From Geosiphon pyriformis uo1 (lineage: Eukaryota; Fungi; Glomeromycota), in assembly GCA_016748015.1 (NCBI GenBank), contig JAAOMT010000295.1, forward strand, positions 248,001 to 312,000: a DNA stretch of 64,000 nucleotides, given 5' to 3'. The notes beneath the pieces were generated by a model. The model was not told the DNA's origin, ran no database searches, and saw only the letters and a program-made list of their open reading frames with translations. Shown here in pieces: positions 24,207-37,105 of the stretch. The translations under genes were made by a program, and so were the position numbers. Within the stretch, counting starts at the first letter, position 1; every line of letters begins with the position of its first letter.

Positions 24207-25804
24207 ATGGCTTGGTTTGTGGATTCAGATTATATCGGGGAAGTTGGCTTGAGTAATTTAAAATACTATAAATATTCTGCGACGGACAAGTCTCCGATTG
24301 CCAGATACATTCTGAAACCATACTGGACCTGGGCAGTACACCTTTTCCCTTTATGGATGGCGTAAGTTTGAAGATTTATCATTTGATATTGTGTGTTTTG
24401 GAAACTTGTAAAATTGGTTTACGTTCTTATGTATAGACCCAACTTGATCACATTGTGTGGCTTGGGATTCATTATCGTTAATTTAATCTGCGTGGCCATT
24501 TGGATTCCGGATCTGGTTGGTCCAGGTCCATCGTGGTTGTATTTTAGGTGGGTTTTCCATTAATTTGTCAACACAAAATCTATTGGGTTTGAAAATGTTT
24601 ATAACCCCTTTCTGGAATTTGTATAGTTTTGCTGCGGGTCTCTGGCTCTATTCAACATTTGACAACGTAGATGGAGGTCAAGCAAGACGAACTGGCACAT
24701 CATCTCCACTTGGTGAACTTTTTGACCATGGCTGTGACGCTTTAAATTGTGCATTTGGGGCTCTTGTTCAGTCAGCATCGATGGGTTTGGGACATTCCTG
24801 GTATTCGGGTTACTTGTTGCTGTTGACTACCATACCTTTCTATACTTCGACATGGGAAGAATATCACACGGGGACATTATATTTGGGTTATGTAAATGGA
24901 CCTACCGAGGGGCTCATATTGGCCTGTCTCAGTATGATCATCTCTGGAATCAAAGGTAACCTATCAGAATGAATTTCAATTCCTTAAAACTTGTTTCACT
25001 TTAATAACTGATTCTACATTTCCTTAGGACCTCAATATTGGACCACTAACCTTCGTGAATTGTACGGTTCAAGCGTGCCTTCTTTCATTCCAAAAGATTA
25101 TCATCTTGTTGATTTAGTGGTAATAGCATTGACCGTACTTTTGCTCACAACCCATATCCCACTCTGGTATGTACTATTCGAAATTATAAGTCTCCTTATG
25201 ATTTCGATTTTTAACTTAATTTAACCTTGTTCCTTGATTATTGCCCAAAAGTTTTTACAATGTCTATAAAACATGCAAGGAAAATAATAAATCATTTCTT
25301 GCCACGGCACCACAATTCTTTTCCGTCATTTTATACTGGTTATGTGGATACCTATGGCTCGCCTCCCCATTCTCCAAAATATTGGAAAACCAACACTTTA
25401 TATTGTTTGCATTAACCCTCGGGATTGTATTTGGGCGTATTGCAACAAAAATAATTTTAGCACACGTGACTAAAATGCCATTTCCGATGTTTACCGTGAT
25501 GCTGATCCCGCTATTTCTCGGAGCCCTTTTGACAAATATTCCTGTCATTTTAAAAATGTCGTAAGTATCTCTAATTTTCGTATTATCTAACATTCTTCAA
25601 CCAAATTAACCATCCAACCCATTAAACAGTGAGCCCATTCTTACACCCACTGGGGAATACTATTACCTTTGGGGATATTTCATTTTTGTTGTAATTGCTT
25701 ACCTTCATTGGGCCCTTCTGGTGATCAATCGATTTTGCACCTATCTTAAAATCAGCTGCCTTCGAATCCCTCGTAGGAAACCAGGTCGGCAGAAAATTCA
25801 TTGA
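24207..25804 (+). CDS. Choline/ethanolamine phosphotransferase (CDP-alcohol phosphatidyltransferase, CPT1/EPT1 family)
   Basis: LKYYKYSATDKS..PYW..FPLWMA|PNLIT; catalytic motif DNVDGGQARRTGTSSPLGELFDHGCD; STWEEYHTGTLYLGYVNGPTEG; multiple TM segments. Confidence 0.95.
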
Positions 25805-26516
25805 TTTTATCGCTTTTCAAATGACACTATCTTGTTTTCATATGGAATTTTCTGGAAATCAAAATCTTAATGATCTCAATACTATAATAATACATTAATT
25901 ATCTATTATTTTAATGTAAAATCTAATTTTACCAATCATTCTACCTGATTGATTATAGTATCTCTAATAATGTGTTTTTTCCTAAATTAATTGTAGATAA
26001 TGAAGAAGAAGAGCCGATTTTATCATAGAACAAATTTAGAAATATATAATGTCCTAGCAATTAATTTATCCAAATATATGGACTTGATAACTTCGCGCGA
26101 AGAATTTTGACTCATACGTTATCCCTCCGACAATTCTGGATTTCTTATATATTTTGTACAATTCATCAATATATCTACAACCCAATTATTACATAAAACA
26201 TCACTTCATCGACATTTTTGTGGTAGAATTTTTATATATTTCCAGCTACCAGCTGTTTCTGTTAAAATAAAACCTCATGTATTGATACTGGGTCTGTTAT
26301 AGATGATTGATTTAATGCCACTGTTAGAAATCTGAAAATAGATGAGGTCACGAATTTCAGGAGTTGTTTACATTCGTAAAAATTATTTAAAATTTTGATT
26401 TCAATCTTTTGATGCCTTTCAAGAAAATTATAGGCAACGATGACTATATCACGAACATCCTATTAATTCCTATCATTTTAAAAAGCGTAAGCATTCACTT
26501 TATCCTTGACTAACAC

Positions 26517-28735
26517 TTATTTTCTTGAGAGTTGCCTTTTTGGGCGTTTTTTGCCTTCAACGTTGATTATTGCCTGTTCTACTTTTCTTTTGAAGCTTTT
26601 TTTTCCCTCAGTCTGTGCTGTTTTTACTTGATTGATTTCTGTTTCCCCTTTTGTTTCCTCTTTTATTTCCACCACTTTCTTTTTCCTGAGACTTTTTCGC
26701 ATATTGGATTGCATTGATTCTGTTTTATTGGTTTCTGCCTGCTCTTCTATTTCCACCGTTTTCTTTTTCCTGGAGCTTTTTCGCAAATTATAATGTGTTG
26801 ATTCAATCTCATTGATTTCTATCTGTTCCATTTGCACCACTTTCTTTTTCTTGGAGCTTTTTCGACCTTTTGTCTGAGTTGATTCTATTTCGGCAGCTGG
26901 TAAGAGTACGGATGGATCAACTGGGTTTAAGTTGTAAATCTGATATAGTTGAAATACAGCTTGTTCTATGGCACGGAAATAAAATGCTAAGCCTTTTTAA
27001 TTTTCTAGTTGCAAAAATAAACTGAATCCCCATACCTTTATCCTTTGCCTCGATCATTAAGTCCATATCTGGATCGCAAGGTGGAAGCTTCTATTATTAA
27101 TATTTGTGCAATTAGATGTCAATATTTTTTGCCCGACTAAATCGTGACTTGAATTTTAAAATTTATACATACAACCACCCGATCTGAATGTGCTCTCATT
27201 TCCATCGCCGTCTGGGCTCCTCTTCGAGTCTCAGAATAATGTTGTTTGGGCTTGAGCCCACGATCAGTCCAGGTCTTATTAATTGCTAATTATTAAATTA
27301 GATTCAGTTAACTAATGGTCAAGAAAAAACAAAGGCAGAAAAAATCTACCTGAAATCAATTTCAACAAATCATGATCTAATAGCGTTCCAGGATTTATAC
27401 TATAAGAATGAAAAATGTGTTGGATATCGGGAGTAGTTTTGATAAACAAATTGATATCAAATGTTTTACCTATGGTGATGCCTATAATATTTTGTAGTTA
27501 TTTTAAATTAGTATCAATCTAAATTCGAGCATGCTTGCAAGTTTGGAATTGAATTATTAAAAAGAAACACACCAGTCTAAGACTAAGGGAATCGACATCT
27601 TTTGACATAATGGCAAAAGTTCTTGCACATTGTAGCAAGTCTCGTCATTTTCTAGCACGAGCCGCTTTTTAATGGGTTCAGGTAACTCTTTGTAGTTTAC
27701 TTCGAACCGTTTAAAGGTTTCTTCTTTATCGCCAAAAGTACCTCCCATATGAATAATCATGATAGAGTCGGGTGGAGATCCCATCAAATCGAGTAGTTCA
27801 GCATGATAACTTAAGTCTCTTATACTTTTTCTAACAACATTTTCTTTGGGAGAGCCGAGTTGAGTATATTGCCCGGGATGCATGGTCTTCGAAATAGATA
27901 AATAGGTAAATGCGAGTAGGCTATCTAATAAAGTTGCGTCTTTTAGAGAAAACCAATTACCAGTCGATGACCAAATTTGGCGGCATATTGACCGACAGCT
28001 TGCAATTCCTCCTTGCAATAATCTAAAGAATACCTATAATTAGAAGCAATATAAATCACGTGATGAGCTAGGTGATCTAAAAATATTTCATATTAATCAA
28101 GACTTGATATTTACCCATATTCCTCATGACTAGCAAATGGAAACATTTGGGAAGAAACGCGCATAAACTTGATATTATGCTCTAAGATTTAAGAGAAATT
28201 TAAGAGGAGGAAAGAAGATAAAATAAAGATAATAACTATCAACCTTCATTAAACTACGGTAAGGAATTAACGGGAAAAGAGGCAAAAACACCATTTTAGT
28301 GATTGAAACGTTTGAATAATAGGATAAAACTTGAGAATATTTCTTACCTTAACCAAAGCCAGCAAGTCTTTGGCATTCTAGAAGTAAAGAAAATATATAG
28401 AATTTACTAATTTTTCACTATCAAATCGAACAAACGAAGAAAATTTTGTCGAACCTGACGACCAAGTTCTTTGACATGTTCCATGCCTTTTTCTTTTACG
28501 GTTTCAAGACGACAAGTCCTCGAACAAAAAACTGAAGGTTTTTGGTTTCTTAAGTACATATTGAGGCATCTATTGAAACAATTATTAAATACCTTGAAAT
28601 TTTGCTCTCAACATTAAAAGCAAAATTTCTAATTCCTCAAACATACGCATATCCAAGTCTCCCGTGAAAATTGATTTTATGGCTCTGAGTGGCGGTTGAG
28701 GAAGGACCCACCAGTTCAGCACTAGTTGAAGACAT
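26517..28735 (-). CDS. UVE1: UV damage endonuclease (UvdE/UVE1), many exons including 10-nt and 12-nt microexons
   Basis: GRLGYA|CLN..FCSRTCR; FMRVSSQMFPFASH; TMHPGQYTQLGSP; IIHMGG; LVLENDE; LVLDW|HHH; PKQHYSE; RAHSD; DLMIEAKDKEQAV. Confidence 0.95.
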
Positions 28736-29117
28736 TTTTCGTGAAGTTTTGAGAAACCTCAAAATCTTTAGCGCCGAAGGTTTTTCAAAAGTTCTTTGAG
28801 TAAAATTAATTGAAATGTAAACAAAATGTGGTTTGAATGACAGAAGCCAGGTAAACTGAAAGTTTCGAATGCTATTTATAGGATTCAGAATGAAACCTTG
28901 AGTAGAAAACGTAATAGCAAGGTATTTTTTAAAGTAAGGAGCCGTAGATTATCAGCCATAGAAACCATATTTGTGTATTGAATTGAAGAGAAAGAAAATT
29001 GCAACGTGTAAAAAAAAAGTCGAGATCGATAGAATCGAACAAATAATAGAGAAGTATGAATCATATCACAAGTTTCAACTTGTGGATCGGATCGACGTGT
29101 AGTTAACTTTTTCTTTT

Positions 29118-29660
29118 ATGTCGTCTGCTGCAATATTACGCGACCTACGTTACAAATTACCACGCTTCCTCATCGCACCACAAGCCATCCTCGCTCGTTT
29201 TTTTCTTCTCCCGGTTCCGCTCTTGAACCGTTTTAACATACCTTTGAATTTCCACTCAACTTGTTACTCAAAAGATGACAAATCCTCCAAAATCGGGCCG
29301 CCTACTCAAATATACGCCTCGTCCTCCCTAATTTCACCTTCACAACCTAGCCTAGCCTTTGCTAAGGAATTAATGATTTCATTCACTTGTAAAGTCTGTC
29401 ACCATCGAAGTAGCAAAAAGATGTCACGACAAGCTTATGATCATGGCGTCGTGATTGTTCAATGCACGTATTGCGAGAATCGCCATTTGATTGCGGATCA
29501 TTTGGGATGGTTTCGTGATCAACGGACTACGATTGAGACTTTGATGGCCGAAAAGGGAGAACTTGTTAAGCGACGCATTGAAGAAGTTGCTGATGGTAAG
29601 GATACGGAGGCGGTGTTAGAGTGGGTCGCGGAGGAGGTTGGTAAGGTAACATCAGATTAA
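29118..29660 (+). CDS. ZIM17: Mitochondrial DNL zinc-finger Hsp70 escort protein (Zim17/Hep1)
   Basis: FTCKVC..RS.K.MSRQAY.HGVVIVQC..C.NRHLIADHLGWF; Arg-rich presequence-like N-terminus; single exon. Confidence 0.95.
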   Translation: MSSAAILRDLRYKLPRFLIAPQAILARFFLLPVPLLNRFNIPLNFHSTCYSKDDKSSKIGPPTQIYASSSLISPSQPSLAFAKELMISFTCKVCHHRSSKKMSRQAYDHGVVIVQCTYCENRHLIADHLGWFRDQRTTIETLMAEKGELVKRRIEEVADGKDTEAVLEWVAEEVGKVTSD

Positions 29661-30015
29661 GGACGAAGAAAGGATTATAATGAATTCACAAAAGCAACGA
29701 TTATGATGTGTGATATTTTAAAGTTAGATCGTTCTTCGTTGAGTTTGCTTTCTGTGAAAGGGAAAATTTACTTTGTTTAGTTGAGCAAATGACTTAATCT
29801 TTAATGTTACGATAGCCATAAAAACTATCTATTTTTGTTTCAATGTTATAACATAGTGAATGCAAGTAAAATCTCTCAAATTATATAAAATCGAATGTAT
29901 AATGACCCAGCTCGAACAACTTTTACTCATGAAGAAAAAAAGGTTTATGATATCTAAAAATCTTGGCCTACTATCAAAGCGAAAAGTCCTCGCCTCCATA
30001 AGTTGGAAATTAATT

Positions 30016-32094
30016 TCAATCAGCCTTGTTTTTATCAAAAAATGAGTCCCAATCCACGAATTTCTGTAGAGTCACCCACGCAACACACACGAATCCCAAC
30101 GTGGAAACCAAGACAGACCACCAGGTGATAATATTTTGATGTTGCAATTGACCAACTGGCATTTGAACTCTCGCAATCGGCCACCGATAGGTTCGTGAGG
30201 TACCAGTAAATTCAAGAATATCACTAGGCATAAAATAATTTATCTTAGCGATGGGTGGCCTGAATAAAAGAGAGATTGGGAGGGGTGTTGGTGCAAAGGG
30301 CGATTCTATCGGAAAATGAATTCATATAATCAGTTTGACAAGCAAAATAGAAAATAATTACTACTGTGAAATTTCTCGATTGTGAGAGTAATTACCCCTG
30401 AGGCCCTCTTGTTTATCAATATCGTCGCACATTTGTACCACCATAGGCCATGGACTTATAGCGGGTACATGACTACGGCTTTCAAATATACTAGGACCCG
30501 CTGATTGTAGGTATCTCATATGAAGGGGTAATCTCGTCTTTAACAAATTTCCCTTATCCACATTATTTTCTGTGTTTAGTTTCTTGGCCTTTACCAATAC
30601 AACACTACCCCATTTTAATATTTCACCACCAATTGGTTTTTCCAAATCAATCTCTCCCCATAATTGAATCTCATCGTCTGAATTCATCTCTTGAAGTTGA
30701 TAAGGATCAATAAAAAAAGAATCCGGTAAAATATACACAATATGATGTTGACAAGATGAATGAGTTGTGTGGGAACTTGTGAGGTTTGTGTAATAAATTG
30801 GATGAAAACCCTGTGCCGGCTCAATTAACGATTCAAAATAATATGTAGTTGGTTCAAGGATTTTTGATGGGATCGTGATCATTGTTGGCTCTTCAATAAA
30901 TTGTGAAAATCATATAAAACCCGAATTTCACATTTATTATATAGGAATAAATATTTCAGGCATACTTAACGCGTTTTCATCATGGCCAATTACTGTTCTC
31001 AACCCGAAATATGTGTTATCGCTTAACGGTGTTTCAAACATGCCGATTTCCAATCGTTCATCTGTTCGAGAATCTTTAGATATTTCTGCATTATTTCCTT
31101 TGTATCTCCAAACAACTCTCATATCAACGATAGGTTGACGCGCTTTAGAGTCATATTTAATGGAAAAATCAAATATGGAAGGCTCGCGGGTCTCACTGCG
31201 AGAGATATAATCACCTAAAATTGATGTGAGAATCGCATATTGATGGTGATACGCTTGGGAAGTATACAGATAAATTGAATCGCCGATTGAAATTGATTTT
31301 TCAAAATCTATGACACCATACTTGTGCAAAGATATCAATTTCAATACGAGGATTTAGAGTTTGAAGGTAATACAAAAGTCTTCTTTAAAAAACTGCAAAA
31401 ATTATAAACCCTCACCTTAGACCTACGATCTTTTCCCTTGTCATCACAAATGAACATTCCAAGGAATGTGTCAAGATACTTACAAATAGAAATGAAATCC
31501 TCATTTTCCGATATTACTCTACAGAACAAGTTCATATAAATTGCACGCTTTACAATCATAACCCTTAGTCCTGATGGAAACCCGTGCCAATACAGTACCT
31601 CTGGTCAGCAGCAGTTTGATCACTCGCACCAGGTGAAATCGCTACGTGAAGACCAGGCACAGGTCCAATTATAAAAGGTGGTAAATGCCCAAGACTTTCA
31701 GTGGCAAATTGTACGCGTGCTGTCCAGTTTTTATGCCAGGCTGGGGAAAGTTCGATGAGAGGTTCTGAATTGGTAATCGTCTTAAACACAGAGATTCAAA
31801 CACGAGATAATTAGTCATTGAAAACGATTGATGCCAAAATAGATAAAAAACTTATGTTACCTTAAGAAGCTCCCTAGCTGGCGCAACCAATTTCCATTCT
31901 CGTATACCCCAGAAGCTGTTCACGCGTATCGTGTCATTTTTCGTGTAGTGAAGAAGTGTATCACCTTCAGTCCTTGTATTAGCATCAGGTCTTGTAAAAT
32001 CCTCATTAAAAAAGGAGTTTCGGTGACGGAGTGTGCAAAACGCTTGAGCTGATAAGAGTAAAAGACCAAAAATTGCTCGAACAAAATCCTTCAT
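30016..32094 (-). CDS. PIG-X/PBN1-family GPI mannosyltransferase I subunit (multi-exon)
   Basis: Signal peptide MKDFVRAIFGLLLLSAQA; GLHV; GFHP; LPDSFFIDPYQL; EIDLEKP; LPLHMRY; MPVG followed by a C-terminal TM helix. Exons join in frame through GT-AG introns. Confidence 0.88.
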
Positions 32095-32208
32095 TATGGC
32101 CCAGAATTTCTTGCCACAAAACCTACTGATGTGCAATATAGCTCGTGACCTGGATTTCGAATACAAAAGATCATCAGCAAAGCTTTATTCCGGTAAACTT
32201 AAGTCAAG

Positions 32209-33408
32209 ATGGGCGACTCGTTGGATGATGATTTTCCTCATCTTTTTTATGAGGAAAACATCATAACCGACAACGATTTAAGCGCATTAATTATTGACAG
32301 CGAGGAGTACAAGGTGCGAAGCACGACTCTTCTGGAAAATGATTCAAAGGAGACCTTTAAAACAACACCAAAGGATGGAACACTTGATAATGTACCAAGA
32401 AAAGAGATAATTCAAAGTGAAGACTATAGACTCTTTAGCGTGAGCAAAAAGAATGCAAAGAAGGCTAATAAACTGCAAGAACGGATTTCCAAACCAGCTA
32501 AAAGAAAGCGTCCCCAGGCAGACACTCGTGAAGATTTAGATAAAAAAATCAAACGCTCTGATTCATTCGTTGATCCCACACTTGGTAAACAACTACAAGG
32601 CACCCCAGATAACATTTATACTGTGCATTTGAAGGGATCCGAGCAAGACAAGCAAAACGATTTAATCTCTTCTAACTATGACAACCAATCTAAGCAGAAA
32701 AAGAAGCCACAGCAAAAATTTCTTAAAAATGAGAAAAAAGCAACCCAGAATCTATGGGATCCTCCCATAGATTTTACAACAAATGGGCAGATGGATTACT
32801 TCCTCAGAAAACAAAAATCAGTTTTGGATCATCTTTCTTCAATCGAGTTTACAGAGCGTCAATTGACTGAAAATTCTTTTATTGACACAAGTCTGTTCTC
32901 AAAAGAGCGTACACTTGAGAGTATGGCGGCATTTATCGACTTAAATATAACAAGCCATCACAATATCTCAAGGCCACCATTATTGGAGCAAAAAGGAGCG
33001 CCTATATTATTAATACTGACGGCATCTGCAAAGCGTGCGGTTAATATAATTCGTTCACTCAAAGCTGAAAAGAGCATTGCTCTAAAAAATGGAGTAATTG
33101 GGAAATTGTTTGCTAAGCATTTAAAGCTTTCTGAACAAGAAGAATTCTTGAAAAAAAATTCCTTTGATATTGCAGTTGGCACTCCTAACAGGGTTTTCAA
33201 ACTTTTAACGGATTTTGATTCATTGCGTCTATTTCGATTGAAATATATTCTCATTGATGCCAGTTGGAAAGATGAAAAGAAAAGAACTATATTTGATATA
33301 CCCGAGTGTCTTAACGATTTAATTCAATTGATGGGCGCAGATAAGGTACTAGACATGGTGAAAGCAGTTGGCGATGAGAATCCCAAGACACTCATAATGT
33401 TTTACTAA
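32209..33408 (+). CDS. CMS1: Cms1 / CMSS1 90S pre-ribosome factor
   Basis: N-terminal GDSLDDDF; SAKRA; KLFAKHLKLSEQ; IAVGTPNRV; DASWKDEKKRTIFDIPE. Confidence 0.92.
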   Translation: MGDSLDDDFPHLFYEENIITDNDLSALIIDSEEYKVRSTTLLENDSKETFKTTPKDGTLDNVPRKEIIQSEDYRLFSVSKKNAKKANKLQERISKPAKRKRPQADTREDLDKKIKRSDSFVDPTLGKQLQGTPDNIYTVHLKGSEQDKQNDLISSNYDNQSKQKKKPQQKFLKNEKKATQNLWDPPIDFTTNGQMDYFLRKQKSVLDHLSSIEFTERQLTENSFIDTSLFSKERTLESMAAFIDLNITSHHNISRPPLLEQKGAPILLILTASAKRAVNIIRSLKAEKSIALKNGVIGKLFAKHLKLSEQEEFLKKNSFDIAVGTPNRVFKLLTDFDSLRLFRLKYILIDASWKDEKKRTIFDIPECLNDLIQLMGADKVLDMVKAVGDENPKTLIMFY

Positions 33409-33649
33409 AGTAAAAAATCACTATCAAGCCCTTTTATCACTTTATAAATAAAAACTAATTAAGATATATCTTTTGGCCACAATGTCTGATAGCTGGGACA
33501 TTCAGCATAGATTTTGAGAGATTGTAATATATAAAGGAACTCCTAGTAGATAATATCCCTTTGTAAGTTTGGATATTATGCATTTGGCAGTGATTTTAAT
33601 TAATTAAGAGATCCATTTATAATTTCCCAATGACAACAGATAGTCTCAA

Positions 33650-34168
33650 TCATTCCTTTTTTAAAAAAGAGCCATCATTCGTTGCAAACTTAGCGAATCC
33701 AGCATTATTATCATTCTCATCACTTATGTAAAACTCTTGCTTGTCATTATGTTGATAATTTGTCTTTCCTTGAAGCCTCATAATTCCAAGACCGAGATGT
33801 TCAGATGTCAATAGCGAAGTCTCCCCAAACTTGTAATATTCGGATATAGCTCCTTCAGGCAAATCACCCCACCCTTCCCCTTCTTTCACACTCTTAACTT
33901 CATTACGTTGGGCAAAAGAAGTTTTTGCTTTTTGACTATTCTCTTTGTGTAGTTCAAAAGGAAGCCTCTTTTGTTTTTGTGTGGAAGATTTGGAGTCAGG
34001 AGAAAGGTCCTCGTTAACCATGCCAAATGTATGGTGTGTGGCACATTGTGAAAGTGGGTGGCTATTAAGAATGGCAAGACTCTGAAATTGTGTAAAGAGT
34101 CTTTCGTCGTCTGTATGAAGGTCCAAAGTGGAGTAGGCATCCACAAGTTGATTTAATTCGGAATCCAT
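33650..34168 (-). CDS. Hypothetical protein, 172 aa
   Basis: ATG-initiated single ORF with gene-like composition, head-to-head with the GSKIP-like gene; no recognisable domain. Confidence 0.55.
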   Translation of the reverse strand: MDSELNQLVDAYSTLDLHTDDERLFTQFQSLAILNSHPLSQCATHHTFGMVNEDLSPDSKSSTQKQKRLPFELHKENSQKAKTSFAQRNEVKSVKEGEGWGDLPEGAISEYYKFGETSLLTSEHLGLGIMRLQGKTNYQHNDKQEFYISDENDNNAGFAKFATNDGSFLKKE

Positions 34169-34293
34169 TTTGGTTTCCTTGAAAGAATGATTTTATCTTG
34201 AAGATCAACTGTTTTTTCTTATGATCTAACCTAAATGATTGGTTTGCATTTCAAATAGTGAATTGGCCAGGCAGTTGTATAATACGTTTCAAA

Positions 34294-34835
34294 ATGCCAG
34301 CAGAGCGGCCTCCCTTGGATGAGAATTTTATCGTTACAGAACTCAAAAATATTCAAGAATTTCAACATGGCATCAAACCAAACTCATTTAAACTCTTGAC
34401 TCCCAGCACGTCCAAAGAATATGTTGCTGAGTTCGAAATTGGACTCTTGGAAGGGATCAACATCAAAATACGCGTGTCAAAAGATGGCTTCATGGTATTT
34501 TACTAGCATTACCCAAGGCAACGATAATTAATATTGAATTCAAAAATTTACGGCTCATAATATCAGTTCTAATTAAGATTTTCTTGATTTATGAAATTAC
34601 CGTTATTGTTTGTTCTTAGATTGTCAAGGCTAGTTGTTGTCCGAAAGATCTTGAAATCATATCCACAAACGATAGTGACTTGGAACATGTTCTCCAACTA
34701 ATCAATCAACCATTTGAAACGATGGACGCATTATTACTCACCACAAGTTCAAAATACAAAAAAATTTTCCACGAAGCCGTTTTTGCTAAATTGGTCGAGT
34801 TCCAAAGGTCTGATCAAGCTAATAACGAACAATAG
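34294..34835 (+). CDS. GSKIP-domain (DUF727) protein, 2 exons
   Basis: EIGLLEGINIKIRVSKDGFM|IV...PFETMDALLLTTSSKYKKIFHEAVFAKL matches the GSKIP pattern; intron 34495-34619. Confidence 0.8.
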
Positions 34836-35270
34836 GAGATCCTGTGTTACTCAACATTCATGTTTACGACAAGGACTTTCCAACAGTTTGATGACTGGGG
34901 CTGTATTGAATTTGCGGTTTAATCGTTTTTGCATCTTTGGACTGTCTGGATTTAACCGAGTAACGAGAAAGAAAACACGCTCCCAAGTCTACCTTGGGTT
35001 TGCTTTCACCTCACTCCATACTAACGAGGCATAAAAATAATACCTTCTTACCTGTTGCGTTATATTGAATGAATTTTATAACCATTCTGAAGTTTGTAGT
35101 ATTAAAAACTATGGAATCCACAAGAGTCAAGATATATAAATTCATAGTATTTGAAACCAGCCTAATCTAAATTCCTTTTTGAGCAACCAATTTATTCCCT
35201 CGGTCTGCTTTTAGATTCGCAGAAGAGTTCTTCTGGCTCACTTTCAATTTTCCTAAGCTATCGAATCTTA

Positions 35271-37105
35271 TTACGCTCGATTACCATTCCCTTGCTTTAC
35301 AGGATCTATTTAATAATATTATCGGTTGAGCTTTCTGTTCCAAATTTGAGTTTAAATATCAAACAATTAGACTTACCAAAATATGGATGCTCCATCGCTT
35401 CTTTTGGGGTTAACCGTTCCTAGAGTTAGGTAAAAGAAATTGAGCCAAAGAATTAATAAGAAAATTGATTTGCTATGGATAAACTTACTTGGTGATCATA
35501 TCGCAACAATTTATCCAGAAAATCAATCGCCTCCTTAGAAACAAATTTTTGGTTGTCAGCCGTGACAAATTTTTGCCACGGTTTCCGTGGGTATCTAAAA
35601 AATGAAGAATTGTCGTTTTATATACTAATATCTTTTTATAAAGTGCTTTAAATCATGCGACTCAAACATTACCTTCCCAGAATGTCATCATACTGTGCAT
35701 CCAAGTCTATGTCATATTTATCAAGATATGCGAACAATTCCTCGGTCCCAAGAACTTTAGCAATTTTTACCAATTGATCATAGTTGTCGTGGCCATGGAA
35801 AAACGGTTCTTTGCGGAAGATCTAGGAAATATACCATCCTCAAATGAGTCTTAAAGTCAAATATTCAATGGTAATATGTTTCAATATTTGATCAAAACTT
35901 AGATATTTACCATACTTGCAAACATGCATCCCAAACTCCACATGTCTAGCGAATAATCATATTCTTGGAAGTCTACCAGCAATTCAGGACCCTTAAAATA
36001 TCTGGAGGCTACTCGCACATTATACTCGGTCCCTGGATGATAGAATTCAGCCAAGCCCCAATCTATCAGCCTCAACTGAAAATACAATAAATAAATAAAT
36101 ATAAACTAAAGATAACTAACCAGAAGATATAAAAATTGGAGCTTACTTTGCGCTTTTCATGATCAATCATCACGTTATGTGGCTTAACATCCCTATGCAT
36201 GATTCCCTTTGAGTGACAAAAATCTAATGCCTATTTGGTCCGATAATATAAACCACTATTATAGATAGAGTACTTACGATAACAGATACAAGGCGTAGAT
36301 TTGATAACTTACTTTAAGAAGTTCGAAAATGTAAAATCGAACATCATAATCGGTAAATTTGGGGTAAAGGACTTTAAAATCGATGTTATTAACGTACTCA
36401 AAAATAAGTGATGGTGTCTTTGACTTGGAAAAATTCGGGCAAAAGTTAGAATTAATAGGGCTATAATTTTTTCTGTTTTTTTTTTCAAAGGTATTATTAA
36501 TTCCATGCTTTTTTGTGGCTAGTGCATAAGTTTGAATTTTCATACTATACCTGGGGGTCCCTTACGACGTCCAAGAGTGAAATAATATTAGGTCCCCCGG
36601 CCAAGTTTTGAAGAATTTTGATCTCACGTTTAATTTTCTTCTTTTTCACGGGTTTAAGAACTTTGATTACACATTTTTCGTTATTCATTATATTGACCCC
36701 CTCAAACACCTCTGAATATTTCCCGCGCCCTATTTTGCGCACTATTTCATAATTGTCTTGTACACTATAGATATATTTAATTGAAGATTAGTGATTAAGG
36801 TTAAAGAAGTCAATTTGCACGCATATTCAATTGATGAATAGTGTAAGGGATCCAATGCATATGAGACCGGCTCCAATACATCTTTTTTTGTTATAGGAAA
36901 ATGAGACATACCCCCATTGAACTTGCAAATTATCTATTAATAAAGATACATTTATGCAAAAGCGATAGATCAAAGTTGTTAGTCACTAATTTAAATTGAC
37001 GGCCGAGGAATAAAGTACCAGCTCTAGCTTACCATAATCCCAGTAATCCTTTGGCATGGTTGTGTTGACATTGGCGTACATCCGCGCCACACTTGTGTAA
37101 GACAT
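35271..37105 (-). CDS. CKA1: Casein kinase II catalytic alpha subunit
   Basis: YWDY|DNLQVQWG; [13 protein letters not shown]; [15 protein letters not shown]; [12 protein letters not shown]; DWGLAEFY; [19 protein letters not shown]. Confidence 0.98.

Noticed and set aside
25264-33254. Antisense or alternate-frame ORFs (e.g. 25264, 26532, 30875, 32424, 32958)
   Set aside because: Shadows of the real genes on the other strand or frame.
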